Shown in pieces: positions 12,071 to 22,875 of a DNA stretch of 33,153 nt (positions within the stretch are counted from its first letter, which is position 1; every line of letters begins with the position of its first letter). The stretch is taken from positions 1 through 33,153 of the forward strand of contig PNXV01000010.1 in assembly GCA_013239625.1 (NCBI GenBank), read 5' to 3'. Origin of the DNA: Lama guanicoe (lineage: Eukaryota). A program made the translations under genes and the position numbers. Under the pieces are notes generated by a model. It worked only from the letters and a program-made list of their open reading frames with translations. It ran no database searches and was not told where the DNA came from.

Positions 12071-12822
12071 GGAGCAGCAGGAGAGAGTGTGGCAGCAGCT
12101 GCCGTTTCTCCAGTGTCTGAAGGGACGTCCAGGTGCCTCCTCCTTGGTCTCCAGCCTCACCCCCTGGTGGAGGGGCGGTCCACACATGAGAACACTGAGG
12201 TCTAGTGAGACAAAATGATTTGCCCAGAAGTCATCCAGCTGATGCGAGGTGGGGTTCAGGCCCCGACCCAGCTAGCGCTCTCTGACTCTAATGCCCCCTC
12301 TCCTCCCACCACGCCATGTTGAGGGCAGCTCTTCTGGATAAGGGCCCACCTGAGCTGGGGGCTTGGGAAAAGCTCCCAGAAGGATGTGAGGAACCAGTAG
12401 TGGAAGAAGCAGCAATACAAGGCAATGTAACAAACAATCTGCAAGTTGCAAATGTGCCACCTGGACCGTGGACCATCAGGAGAGAGTGTGGCAGCAGCTG
12501 CCGTTTCTCCAGTGTCTGAAGGGACGTCCAGGTGCCTCCTCCTTGGTCTCCAGCCTCACCCCCTGGTGGAGGGGCGGTCCACACATGAGAACACTGAGGT
12601 CTAGTGAGACAAAATGATTTGCCCAGAAGTCATCCAGCTGATGTGAGGTGGGGTTCAGGCCCCGACCCAGCTAGCGCTCTCTGACTCTAACGCCCCCTCT
12701 CCTCCCACCACCCCATGTTGAGGGCAGCTCTTCTGGGTAAGGGCCCACCTGAGCTGGGGGCTTGGGAAAGTCTCCCAGAAGGATGTGAGGAACCAGTAGT
12801 GGAAGAAGCAGCAATACAAGGC
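12026..12822. repeat. Direct tandem duplication, period 399 bp (12026-12423 / 12425-12822), about 97% identical
   Basis: Both copies run atgtaacaaaca...gcagcaatacaaggc; 13 substitutions by manual alignment; the ORF track shows duplicated peptides. Confidence 0.97.
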
Positions 12823-13704
12823 CAGGAAGGCCCAGTTGTGCTGGGACCACAGGCGAGCAGGCGTGCAAGGCAGTGATGAACAGGGAGGTGCCCACCCGGA
12901 GGGCCCCTGGGTTTTACAGCAGAGGGTGACCTTAGTGGTACTTAAGGTTACTCTGGCACCACCGCTTGGGAAACAGTAAATTGGGGGGAAGGGTGTATCA
13001 CCCTCTGATCCCAACAGGGCAAATCATGTTTCCTTCACTCTACACCTGAGAAAACAGGTTTAGAAAAACACAGCAGCTCCCCAGAGATCCCACCGCGAAG
13101 TGGCTTAGGCGGTTCTGAGACCCAGGTCTTCTCATTGTTAAACTAGTGCCCCCATGAGTGGGTGGGCAGGTCGATCATTTTAAAATAGAAAGGCGCACAG
13201 CAGGCAGAACGCTGTTCCTCCCTTCCCTCCTCTGCCACACACGTGCGGCCGGGACTAAGCTGAAGCTGGCGACTCGGCCAGAGCCCACTCAGGATATGCA
13301 GTCACTTCTCCTTTCGCAACGAGCATCGCTGCCCCCACCGGGTGACACTGCTGATACCCGACCCCTGCACAGAGCCCCCAGCAGCCGGACTGGCGGTAGG
13401 GGGAGACTTTCCTCTTTCCACAAGGCACCCGGTGGCAGCAGCAGGAAGCAGGCAGATTCAGAGTGGTCCCTCTGATGGCCAGAGACCTTGACCCTGCTCA
13501 CACCACCCTGTCTGTCTGCCCCACTCACTGGCCCTCGCAGCGCACTGCCCTGGGGCTTCAGACCCCCACGTGGGGCCCCATCCACCTGAAGAGGACCCTT
13601 GACCGGTTCCAAACCACTGAGACTGTTAATCTGTTCATCTAGCACTTGTTTATTGAATTTCTACTAGGTGCCAGATCCCAGCTGTTGTAAGCAAAACCAC
13701 CCTT

Positions 13705-13855
13705 TGGATTCTCGTGTTTGATCCTCAGAATTGCCGCTTACCAGCTATGGGGTTTTAAAGAAGTTACTTAATCTCTCTGAGCTGCTGTCTTCATCTGACA
13801 GATGGGAGTGTGAGCAGCTACTTCATGGGGTGTGATGATTAAAAAGATAACTCCA
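13705..13855 (+). mobile_element. MIR SINE fragment
   Basis: tgccgcttaccagctatgggg...aagttacttaatctctctgagctgctgtcttcatctgacagatggg...gtgatgattaaaaagataa. Confidence 0.75.
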
Positions 13856-14170
13856 TGCCTAATCTGGGTCCCCATTCCCGCCCCATCCCCTCAAAAAGAG
13901 AAGAGCCCAGGCACCCCTGGCAGTATGTGAAGCTCCCTGAAATTGCCAGTCTGGGAAATTGGGTGGGGGGACAAGGAGGAACACGCCGTGGCTTTGGGTG
14001 TGCTTTTGTCTCGGAAGCAGCCCCTGGGCATATAATCTCAGGACCCAGAGCAGAGCTTGCTGCTTCCCCATCGTCTCCTCCTGGGCTCACCTGCCTCTTC
14101 CCCCACTCAGGGCTGAGCCCTGCCACCAGACAGACCCCCTACACGCACTAACCCTCGTCTTCTCCCGCAG

Positions 14171-14305
14171 GGGCCCAGGTTTGCGGGATTCCTGTGGGAC
14201 ACGGTGGCCGGGGTGGAGCTGAGAGACGCCGCCTGGCAGGAGAGCTCGCCTGGCAATGAGCACGGGAAACCCGTGGGTCCCAGCCCGTACCTTGCAAGGT
14301 TCTAG
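14171..14305 (+). pseudogene. EEPD1: EEPD1 exon (human exon 5 equivalent), 135 nt, phase 0-0, last codon is TAG
   Basis: ttctcccgcag|GGGCCCAGG...GCAAGGTTCTAG|gtaccg; translates GPRFAGFLWDTVAGVELRDAAWQESSPGNEHGKPVGPSPYLARF*; the orthologous exon ends ...PYLGRFK. Confidence 0.93.
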
Positions 14306-14549
14306 GTACCGATCATGTCGCCGTGAAGAGCCACTCCGTCTGAAAAAGAAAAAAGGCCCTTTCTGAACTGTGAGCTGGAGAAGCTCATCTTTTGCCTTGG
14401 TTTTCTTCTCTCTGGGCTGGGGCTCAGCACACCACCCTGGGGCTCCCTTGGCTGGGGACCACATCCAAAGCAAGAATGAGAGGGATCTGGAGGATCTGTA
14501 GCTCTGGCCACGTTGACATGCGGGCGGGAAGGCGGTCAGGGGGCTGCTG

Positions 14550-14710
14550 TCCAAACCTGACCCACCTCGGAATCACCTGGAGAGATTCTTAAGATCAGGG
14601 GTTCCTGGACCCTGCCCCAGACACACAGAATGTCTGGGTTTCAAGCTTCAATGCTTCTTCAGTCTTCCCTGCACAGAGGTTAACGAGGCTGGGCATTTGG
14701 GACTCACTGA
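14550..14710. mobile_element. MER5-type DNA transposon remnant
   Basis: ccaaacctgacccacctcggaatcacctggagagattcttaag...gttcctggaccctgccccagac...agaatgtctggg. Confidence 0.55.
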
Positions 14711-15280
14711 ATTAGAGGGCAACTGGACTTCTCTGAGGACCCCCTCTCTTACCAGGGAGAGGGGGGACTCTGAAGGGGTCATTTGGGCTTGAAAGGGGCT
14801 CAGAAGGAGCTTCTGGGCAGTGGAGCCAGGGAAGCCCTATGACTGACACCCCCAGACAAGCCCTGTCTCACCAGAGTCCAGAGCAGCAAGCAGCCAGATC
14901 TGTGCTCTCTCTCTAATTTCCCCAGACATCCCTGGGAAATATTAATAAACAGCAAGCAGTCAGAAGCTGGGCAGCAGGAGCAAGAAGAAGCCAGCAGTCA
15001 AAACAGATCAGCAAGTCAGCAGTTGGCCTTATCCCTGTGAAGTCACAGGATCAGGCAGCGGTCCCTGGCCATAGCACTTAGCAAGCCACCTGCTGCCCAC
15101 CCCGCCCACCCACCACACGCTCCAGAGAGGTTCCGTAGCCTGCGAATTGCTGCAGACCCCAGCACAGTTTCTGGCAGCGCCGGGCTGGGGCAGCCAGTGC
15201 TGGGGCTGTGATGGCTTTGGTTGGGGTCCAGCCCAGGACTGTCCCCCTCAGGCCCATAGCTGTAGAGGCACTGGTGTTCC

Positions 15281-15311
15281 GTGTGCGCGTGCACACACAC
15301 ACACACGCACA
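15281..15311. repeat. Short (CA)n/(GC)n microsatellite
   Basis: gtgtgcgcgtgcacacacacacacacgcaca. Confidence 0.8.
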
Positions 15312-16462
15312 CCCCTGGGGTGTCTGTGGGTTGTGCTTATGGTGCTGATGTGGAATTCAGCCAGGTGTCACCGTTAATACCAGTCTTGCCTCCACACTGG
15401 ATCCCTTTTCTCTGTAAAGTGGCTGTAATGGTTTTGGCCAAGCAAGGCAACAGGCAGAACCAGCCAGTGACGCTAAGAGGCAGGCTGTTTTTAATGGCCA
15501 ATGAAAAATGCTGTCAGGTCACGAAATATTGGCCAAGGCGTCCAAGTGAAGCGATCGCCTCGACAGACGCGCAGCCTGCCGCACTTCATGGCATGTCGCG
15601 GGCCAGACAAGTGGTAGGAGCAGAGATGCGGCTCACCTCTCCACACTGGGTTTTCCTGCCCACAGCCTTGAGGTGGTTCCCCCACGGTCAGAGCCACAGC
15701 TGCAGAGAGAGCCCTCCACCCTCCAGGCTGGGCGGTGGTGCTGGCACATCTGTAAGACAGAACTGGCAGCCTCCACTTCCTGCACCCTGCTGCTTCTTGG
15801 CAGCGTTTACTCTTTGTTGCCATGTCAAACGGAAGGGCAGGTTGCTGAACTCTGAGCAGCTGAGCAACGCTGCAGTGCTCGAGGACCGCCCGCACTTCGC
15901 GCTTCCACACCTGTGCACCACGGCCACCCCTGGGGATGCGGAACAGGCATAGCCTGCGCTGCTAGGGTCCGGCCGGCTGTCGTTCTCGACATGTCTGAAA
16001 TCGGGTGACAGTGCGCATCAGGGCACAGTGGTCTCTGGTGGGAGAAGAACATGTAGGGGTGGGCAGTGGGGAAGGAGGAGGGTCCCAGCAGTGGGTCCTG
16101 GCAGGGGATGGAGGTCTGGCCCTTTGCCTAAGAGCCCCAGGTCTTTGGTAACAACCAGTCGCTAGACCCCCACTTCCCCCGTGTTAGTTGCTTAGAAGAG
16201 AAAAAGCAAAAAGCAAAAATTTGCCATTTCCAGATGTGCCCAATTTTCCAGGCCCAGGAGGAGCAGGTGCGATGTCGGGGTGCACTGATAGAACAAGATA
16301 GGTCTCTGTCCTGCAGGGGGTCGGAAAACCCTTCCGGTGCCCATCTCCCAGGGTGCGCCAGCCTCTGTGCTCAGCGCTGGGCGTGAAGCTGTGTGTGAGT
16401 CAGATAAAGCGGGAAGTAAGAGCATCGCGCCTGTCCTTGATGTGTCCTTTCCTCTTGCCCAG

Positions 16463-16601
16463 GTGGGAAGTAATGACTTGATCCTTGTGAACCTTCACCT
16501 GGCAGCCCTGACGTTCCCAGGGAGCGAGAACCCGAGCAGGAATCACAGCGACAACCACCGCTAGGCCAGCTTCGTGCAGACCTTGCAGGAAACCCTGAAA
16601 G
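16463..16601 (+). pseudogene. EEPD1: EEPD1 exon (human exon 6 equivalent), 139 nt, phase 0-1, internal TAG
   Basis: cctcttgcccag|GTGGGAAGT...CTGAAAG|gtagga; translates VGSNDLILVNLHLAALTFPGSENPSRNHSDNHR*ASFVQTLQETLK(G); TAG at 16562-16564 sits where the orthologue reads HRLASF. Confidence 0.93.
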
Positions 16602-17600
16602 GTAGGAGGCTGTCTTTCTCAGCTCCCACTTCTGCAGGGCAGGAGTTGTAGAAGGGGTTGCCTCTGTGTGCCCCTCCGTCCGATCCCTTCATCTGGCCAT
16701 CTGGCCAGAAGGCAGCAAAGCCCAGGAAACCACCACACTCCCTGCATCTCAGGGAGCCCAGCTGCCCTGGACATGCTGACAGCTTTTCTTCGTGAGTCTA
16801 GCACACGGGTTCCATGGTGTCAGCTTTGCGGCTCTTCAGCCTCTGTTTGATGGAACGGATTCAGTGATGACACCCTCCCCGGTGACAGCTCACTGTGGGT
16901 CAACTGCCCTGGGTGCGCTGCCTGCACATCTGCACGTGCTCTTCTTGTGAAGGAGGAAAAGTTGATGACAAGGGTGGGAAAGTCTGGTCGAGCAGTGAGT
17001 TGCATTTTTCTCTCCGGTGGGATGCAGACCTTACCGAAGGAGCCTTGAAGCTGACGGGAAAGCTGAATTTTAATCTCAGCTCTTTCTGTAGGACAGAAAA
17101 AGTTACCACCCCTTCAAGCTCCGTCTAGCGGGGGACGGACAGTGGTGACCTGATAGGGTGCTCAGGGGGCTTGGTGACCTTCTGAGGAAGTGCCCAGCAC
17201 ATAGTAGGCACTCAGCTAACATGAATTGACTCAAAAAAAAAAGCCACTGGGTTTACGAAAACATAGAAAAGAGCTGAACTTTAGAAGAAAGGTGGGCTGT
17301 CTGTTTTCTGGGTTCTGCCGCCAATAACACAGAAGGTTTTCTGTGCACGGTTTACCAGAAAGAAAACTTGACATGGCCGTAAAGATAGGGACGTGTGTGA
17401 CTGCGCTTGGTTTTTTCAAAGCTTCTCTAGATGAGGGTTCACAGCTGGAGGCTGGAATTCTCTTCCATAAACTAGAGTCTTAACCAGTGTTCTCTAGCTT
17501 GCTCAGCAATTTTTTCCTTGTTAAGTTGGCCCCTCACAATGGGCTTATGAAGATTTGGCTATAAAAATAATTCAGTCAGACTACAAAGTTACATTTTGAA

Positions 17601-18041
17601 AAGACTTCTTATTGTGGTAAAATACGTATAACATGAAACTTACCATCTTAACCATTTTTAAGCCTTCAGGTCAGTTATATTAAGCATATTTACATTGTTT
17701 TACAACCATCACCACCATCCATCTCTAGAATTTTTTCGTCTCCCCAAACTGAAACTGCACCCATTAAACATAAAGTCCCCATACCTCCTTCTCTGGGTCC
17801 CTGAGCATCTCCATTCAACTTGCTGTTTCTATGAATTTGACCACTCTGGGTATCTCCTGTGAGCGGAATCTTACAAAATTTGTCCTTTTGTTTCTGGCTT
17901 ATTTCACTTAATGTTACATCTTCATGGTTCATACTATGTGTCAGAATTTCCTTTCTTTTTAAGACCAAATACTATTCTGTTTATTGGTCAATGGACACTA
18001 GGGCTGTTTCCATCTTAGGGCTGCTGTAAACATTGATATGC
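17601..18041 (-). mobile_element. 5'-truncated L1 (L1MA/MB-like) with a perfect 15-bp flanking direct repeat (target-site duplication)
   Basis: attgtggtaaaatacgtataacatgaaacttaccatcttaaccatttttaag...caaccatcaccaccatccatctctagaa...; AAGTTACATTTTGAA at both 17586-17600 and 18042-18056. Confidence 0.9.
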
Positions 18042-19489
18042 AAGTTACATTTTGAACCAGGATGTGCTTAAATTATGCATTCTCCTTAAATTATGAGTCT
18101 TTGGGCTAAGATAGTATCAGAAAGATGTTTAAGCTGAGATATTTCATCCAAGGAGCAACTATGTGGGAATTGTTCACCTGCAGTCTCCAGCCTAAAAAGG
18201 CTGACTTGATAGCTTTTCAGATCCATGCATGTTTCTCTTATTTTCAGTCTCAAGGTTTTCCTTTTCGTGGAAGCAGAAAGGAAAGATGCCAGCCTCTAGC
18301 TTCTCTGATAACCTTAGTCTCTCTCTGTTTTGGTTTTTTTTTTCCCCTCCCTGATATCCAGGGACTGGTAAGGTTTTTGTTAGCAAACCTAGGCAGGTTA
18401 TGTTCCAAACTGCCAGGGGACTATCGATCGACCCACAGCCTGGCTTGGCCTTGACACACCCATGTATGGACAGTGACTCATGTTTCTGTGTCCCCCTGTG
18501 TGTAACTAAGGTCCAGTTCATTGTTAACTGGTGACGCGGCAGACCCAGGATTCAGGAAGTGCCGCAGCCTGCCCGGGGGGCAACACGGGTGCATCGATGA
18601 GCAGAGGCGTTTCAGCTAAAACAAAGACTAAGCCTATATTCCACGGGCTTCTTTCTATCAGAGCAAACAGAGCCGACTTGATTAGTAAACTCTGGGCTTT
18701 TCTGCCTTTGTCTGGAATGTGCACCCAGGTTGACGTCAGCTGGGGTGTGCCCATCCTCTGATGGAATTCTCTGCTTTCACACCCGCCAGGGGGCCTTCTC
18801 TGTGAACTCAGCAAAAGGGACACAGGGTGCAGTCATCCTTGACATCTGGGGGGGGACCTTCCTTCCCCCCGTGGGGACCGGCTTCTGCTGTTTTCACTGG
18901 CATTTTATAAATCCTGAGACTTGGAGCAAATCAGCCCCGAGCATTCTCCCCTCACTCCCAGCAACCAAGATGATTAAGGCACCCACCCCGGTGGACAGCC
19001 TTCTAGGAGAATTCCGGTCTCCGCACATCTGGGGACTCTCAGGCAAGGACTGTCGCCATGTTATCACCCAACTGATTTAACCGAAAGAAAAAGCCTAGAT
19101 GTGCCTGTTCAAAAAGAGCTGTTATTTTCATCCCTAAAGTTACACAGAGCTCGGCTCATTGACCCTCGACACCTGCATCTCCCCTGGCTTCAGAAGTGTC
19201 TCTTACGGCTCACACTTCTTCAGATCTGCACCCCAGTGAAAACCTCCCTGCCACATGGGAACCTCCTGCCTCGGACTTTCTTAACTTCAGTTTTCCTTGA
19301 TAGTCGATAAATGCAGCACCTTTTCCTTCTTTCCTTTCAAAATTACACTGCACCCTAATTTTGAGGTTTTCCCCTCACTTTTTTTCCCCCTCGCCTTGTT
19401 CACTGTTTCTTCCACACGTGTCTATCAAGCATCTGCCGGGCAGCAGGCACTGTTCCAGGCACACGGGGCTTTTCCATCCTTGCTCTTTC

Positions 19490-19650
19490 CTAAGAGCCCT
19501 GGATTTGAGTGCTGGCTCGGTGACCCTGGGCAAGCCTTTCCAACTCTCGGAGCCTCAGCCTCGTACCTGCACAGAGGGTCCAGTGCACAGTGAGGGCTCG
19601 GTGAATGGTCATTAACACTGGCCACGGATGAGATGTTATTAATGTTATTC
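19490..19650 (+). mobile_element. MIR SINE fragment
   Basis: gtgaccctgggcaagcctttccaactctcggagcctcagcctcgtacctgcac. Confidence 0.65.
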
Positions 19651-20235
19651 TCAAGTTAGTTTTGCTATTTGGAAGGAGGCACCAATTTCTCAAGACCACG
19701 TGATTGGGCTCACCCTGCTCTTGTTAGGATCTAGCATGAGGGGTTAAATCTCTGTGGGCCACACAAGTGGCTGCAGGGAAGGCTTCCCTCCACTTTCCTT
19801 CTGTTCCGCCCGCCCCTCGGTGGAGGGCGTCACGTGCAGTGAGCAAGAGCCCTCTGCTGGTGGCGTGTGTCCTTCCACTTTAGATTTCTTTCCCTCCAGC
19901 CATTGTTACTGAAGCATGTTCATGTCCAGGAAAAAGATTTGCTGAGTCTCAGATGCATTTGGCCTTCGTTTATGAACTGCTTTCCTTAAAGCTTCCCTTG
20001 CAAGATGAGACAGAAATGCCGCTCCCTGTGATAACGTGGCTCCCCTGAAGGGACCTTGGAGACAGGCCATGACGGTCAGGCCATCCATACGAATCCCAGG
20101 GAGGCTCGCTCGGGCCCACTGTCCTCTCTGCTCACTTTGGAAAGTACTTCATCACTATCCCACTCACTCTAGTAAATCAAACTATGAGAGAAATATTGAA
20201 GATACTTTAAAGGGAAAAGCTTTCCACTTTGGCCC

Positions 20236-20433
20236 TGTGTTAGTGTGCTCAGGCTGCAGTCACAAAATACCACGGTCCAGGTGGCTTAAACAAAAGGAGG
20301 TTACTTTCTCGCAGTTCTGGAGGCCGGAAAGTCCATGGTCAAGGTGTGGGCAGATTTGGTTTCTTCTGAGGCCTCTCTCCTTGCCTTGTGGATGGCTGTC
20401 TTCTCCCTGTGTTCCCAAGATCTTCCCTCTGTG
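20236..20433 (-). mobile_element. MLT1 (MaLR) LTR fragment
   Basis: tgtgttagtgtgctcaggctgcagtcacaaaataccac...gtggcttaaacaa...cagttctggaggccggaaagtccatggtcaaggtgtgggcag...tctgaggcctctctccttg. Confidence 0.85.
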
Positions 20434-20765
20434 CTCGATAAATGTTTGTTGAGCTTTTGTTAAATATCTGAGCAGGACCCTTAGGCCTTTTTGTGCTGTG
20501 AGATTTGGAGCCCATGGGTTGGAGCAGGGGTGATCTCTCCATCACACTGACCCCCATTTCCAGATGTGTCACTAATCTGTTCTTAAGTTTGGGAGGGGGT
20601 TGGCACAAGGAGTTTGGAAACACTGGGAGAATAAGAACCATGCTGTAGTCCTAACCTTAAGAGTCAAATCAGACAGCCACGATCCCACTTAAATGGGCTG
20701 TGGTCAGTGTTGGGTTCATTTCTCACCTCCTCTTAAACTCCTGATTTTCTTTCTTTCACTTCCAG

Positions 20766-20960
20766 GAGAAAAAGACGTGATCGTTTTAGGGGACTTCGGC
20801 CAGGGGCCAGACAGCACTGACTATGATATTCTGAGGAAAGAAGAATTCTGCCCCCTGATCCCCGCACGCAACTTCACCAACATCAGCACCAAGAATCCTC
20901 AAGGTTCAAAGACTCTGGACAACATCTGGATCAGTAAAACCTTGAAGAAGGTTTTCACAG
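20766..20960 (+). CDS. EEPD1: EEPD1 exon (human exon 7 equivalent), 195 nt, phase 1-1, open
   Basis: ttcacttccag|GAGAAAAAGAC...TTCACAG|gtaaac; EKDVIVLGDFGQGPDSTDYDILRKEEFCPLIPARNFTNISTKNPQGSKTLDNIWISKTLKKVFT, containing the EEP-family GDF and LDxIW motifs. Confidence 0.95.
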
Positions 20961-21264
20961 GTAAACACAAGTCACTCGTCCTTCCTCCTGCTCCGAAATG
21001 GAGTAGAATGCACCTGTCTGAGCTGACAGTTCCGGATCACTTGGTTTGAGCAAGAGCCAGGAGTTGCCTTCCCAGGCATTTACTGGGTTATCATTTAGGT
21101 GACTGTGTCATTATCATTCAAATAGAGTCACATTTAAGAGTGAAGGGGTGTGAAAAATAATTAAAAGGCATTCACTGATGTACCACAGGGGCAACGCCAG
21201 TGTATCCTGGGCAGCATCCCCAGATTCCAAGATGAGCTGATAATGTAGCCTAATTTTAAGGACA

Positions 21265-21420
21265 CTTAGTCATTCAGCAAACACCTCTCCAGACCTATCA
21301 TGTTCAGCCGCTGTGTTGTGGCCTGAGGTTTACTGACTCACCGTCCATGCCCTGAGGAGCAGTGGTTAGGGGTGAGCTGACAGGATGGGAGAAGTGCTTT
21401 AAACAGGACTCCTCCAGGAC
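21265..21420 (-). mobile_element. L2 3'-end fragment
   Basis: cacttagtcattcagcaaacacc...cctatcatgttcagccgctgtg...catgccctgaggagc. Confidence 0.5.
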
Positions 21421-22174
21421 CAGGGTGTGGTGGGTGATCTCAGTGCTGAAAAGCAGTCCCCCCCCATAGCAGTCACTTGCTGAGCAGACTTTGGATCAGA
21501 AAACAGAAATATAGTCGCAATGGTAGGGTCTTTTGATGAAAGACAAGAACAGTTGTTCTCAGTCCTGCCTGGAAGCTTCACTAATGCCAATGGATGCAGA
21601 GTATACTTCAGCGAGACATTTAAGAATGTTTTAAGTACTAATGCTGGGGTCCCACTGTGAGACCCCGACATGCAGCTGAGACTTAGATCCTCAAGACTAG
21701 AATTTCCCATCCTGGGCACCGGTTTCCTGTTGGACTGTGTCATGGGAGGATCCAGAGGATGAAGAAAGTGGGTCTCAAGAGGAGTGACAGTCATCAAACT
21801 AGGTGAGATGCAGTTTGTAAGAATGGCCTGCTGGCAAGACAGAGACTGGGGCTGCAAGGAGGCGCTAGCGGAAGGCAGTGCTCTCACCACGGGAGCTGGG
21901 GAGCCTGAGAACACTGGGCTGTAGGGAAGTTAGAAATCATTTCGTCTGCCCCCTTGCTGTTAAGCTTTTTAGGGGTAGTTTCAGTGCTTACCGTGGTAAA
22001 CCCTCACTTGCTGAGAAAATCAAATGGGCTGAGACAGCGCATTTGCACAGACAAGCCAGGCTGAGTCTCATCAGGGAGCCCAGGTGTGCAGCCACTTGCC
22101 AGCCTGCGACACCCCGCCCTCACATCCCCCATCCCCTATATCCTGACCTCTGGTTTCTTTTCCCTCTGCCTCAG

Positions 22175-22374
22175 GTCACTGGGCTGTCGTGAGAGAGGGC
22201 CTCACGAACCCTTGGATTCCAGATGACTGGTCCTGGGGCGGAGTGGCTTCCGAACACTGCCCCGTGCTGGCGGAGTTTTACACGGAGAAGGACTGGAACA
22301 GGAAGGAAGGCGCCCGGAACAGCAGCGGGGTCACCCTGGAGCGAAGTGAAGCCAACATTAAGCACGAGCAGTGA
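22175..22374 (+). CDS. EEPD1: EEPD1 terminal exon, coding part to the ancestral TGA stop
   Basis: tccctctgcctcag|GTCACTGG...GAGCAGTGA; HWAVVREGLTNPWIPDDWSWGGVASEHCPVLAEFYTEKDWNRKEGARNSSGVTLERSEANIKHEQ*, containing the SDH-type motif SEHCPV. Confidence 0.95.
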
Positions 22375-22875
22375 TGACAATGAACCGGGTTTCCACCCTT
22401 GGACCCCGGAGGCCAGGAGCTCCCCCTCCCCGGTGAAGATGCAGAGCGCCAGGAACTGTCTTTTCATCTTCATTCTGACCACGTCCGCGCCCGGGCCTGG
22501 ACCCGCTTGCCGTCTTGGCGGATGTGTTTGGACCTCTGGCAGGGGCGGGAGCACGCTGGGCCCTTGAAGTGCTGGATGGTCAGATCAGAAGCCCAGCAGA
22601 GAACGGAAATGTGTGCCATCTGCGGTTGCCGCCAATCTCAGCCCACCGGCTGGCCACGCCCGCTGCCTGGACCGCAGCCCGGAGAGGAGCAGCTGCGGCG
22701 GCCGAGCAGCAGGGAGTGGGAGATGCCGGGCCGCCGGGACCTGCCCGAGGGCTGCCGGGAGCTCTCCTCTCTGCCCACCAGTCTGCGATGTTCTGGCTGC
22801 AGATCACATAAAGCTTTTAACTTGAGCAGTCTTCTCAAACATTTTGAGTGGTGGCTTTTAGTTTTGTTTTGAAAA

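Larger units (their letters stand above)
10073..22374 (+). pseudogene. EEPD1: 3' half of EEPD1 (exons equivalent to human coding exons 4-8), disrupted by two in-frame TAG codons
   Basis: Five AG/GT-bounded exons of 111, 135, 139, 195 and 200 (to stop) nt splice in frame and translate to FCTELNQPILPNIRKWKGPRGCWK...GFLWD...VNLHLAAL...GEKDVIVLGDFGQGPD...LDNIWIS...GHWAVVREGLTNPWIPDDWSWGGVASEHCPVLAEFY...EANIKHEQ*, which matches the mammalian EEPD1 C-terminal EEP domain from memory. Premature TAG at 14303-14305 and 16562-16564. Upstream exons lie outside the window. Confidence 0.9.

Noticed and set aside
14878..15030. Run of CAGCA/AGCAG motifs resembling a repeat array or MAF half-site cluster
   Set aside because: No regular period or conserved unit; treated as low-complexity sequence.
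15281..15952. Longest ORF in the track (223 aa)
   Set aside because: Starts at GTG in a CA microsatellite, has no recognisable domain and lies in GC-rich intron sequence; consistent with chance.
14303..16564. Programmed recoding (selenocysteine, pyrrolysine or A-to-I editing) of the two TAG codons
   Set aside because: Sec uses TGA, Pyl is absent from mammals, and editing would give Trp rather than the orthologous Lys/Leu; point nonsense mutations are more parsimonious.
17690..17968. 92-aa minus-strand ORF resembling database 'hypothetical proteins'
   Set aside because: It is a translation of L1 ORF2-end/3' UTR remnant sequence, not a host gene.
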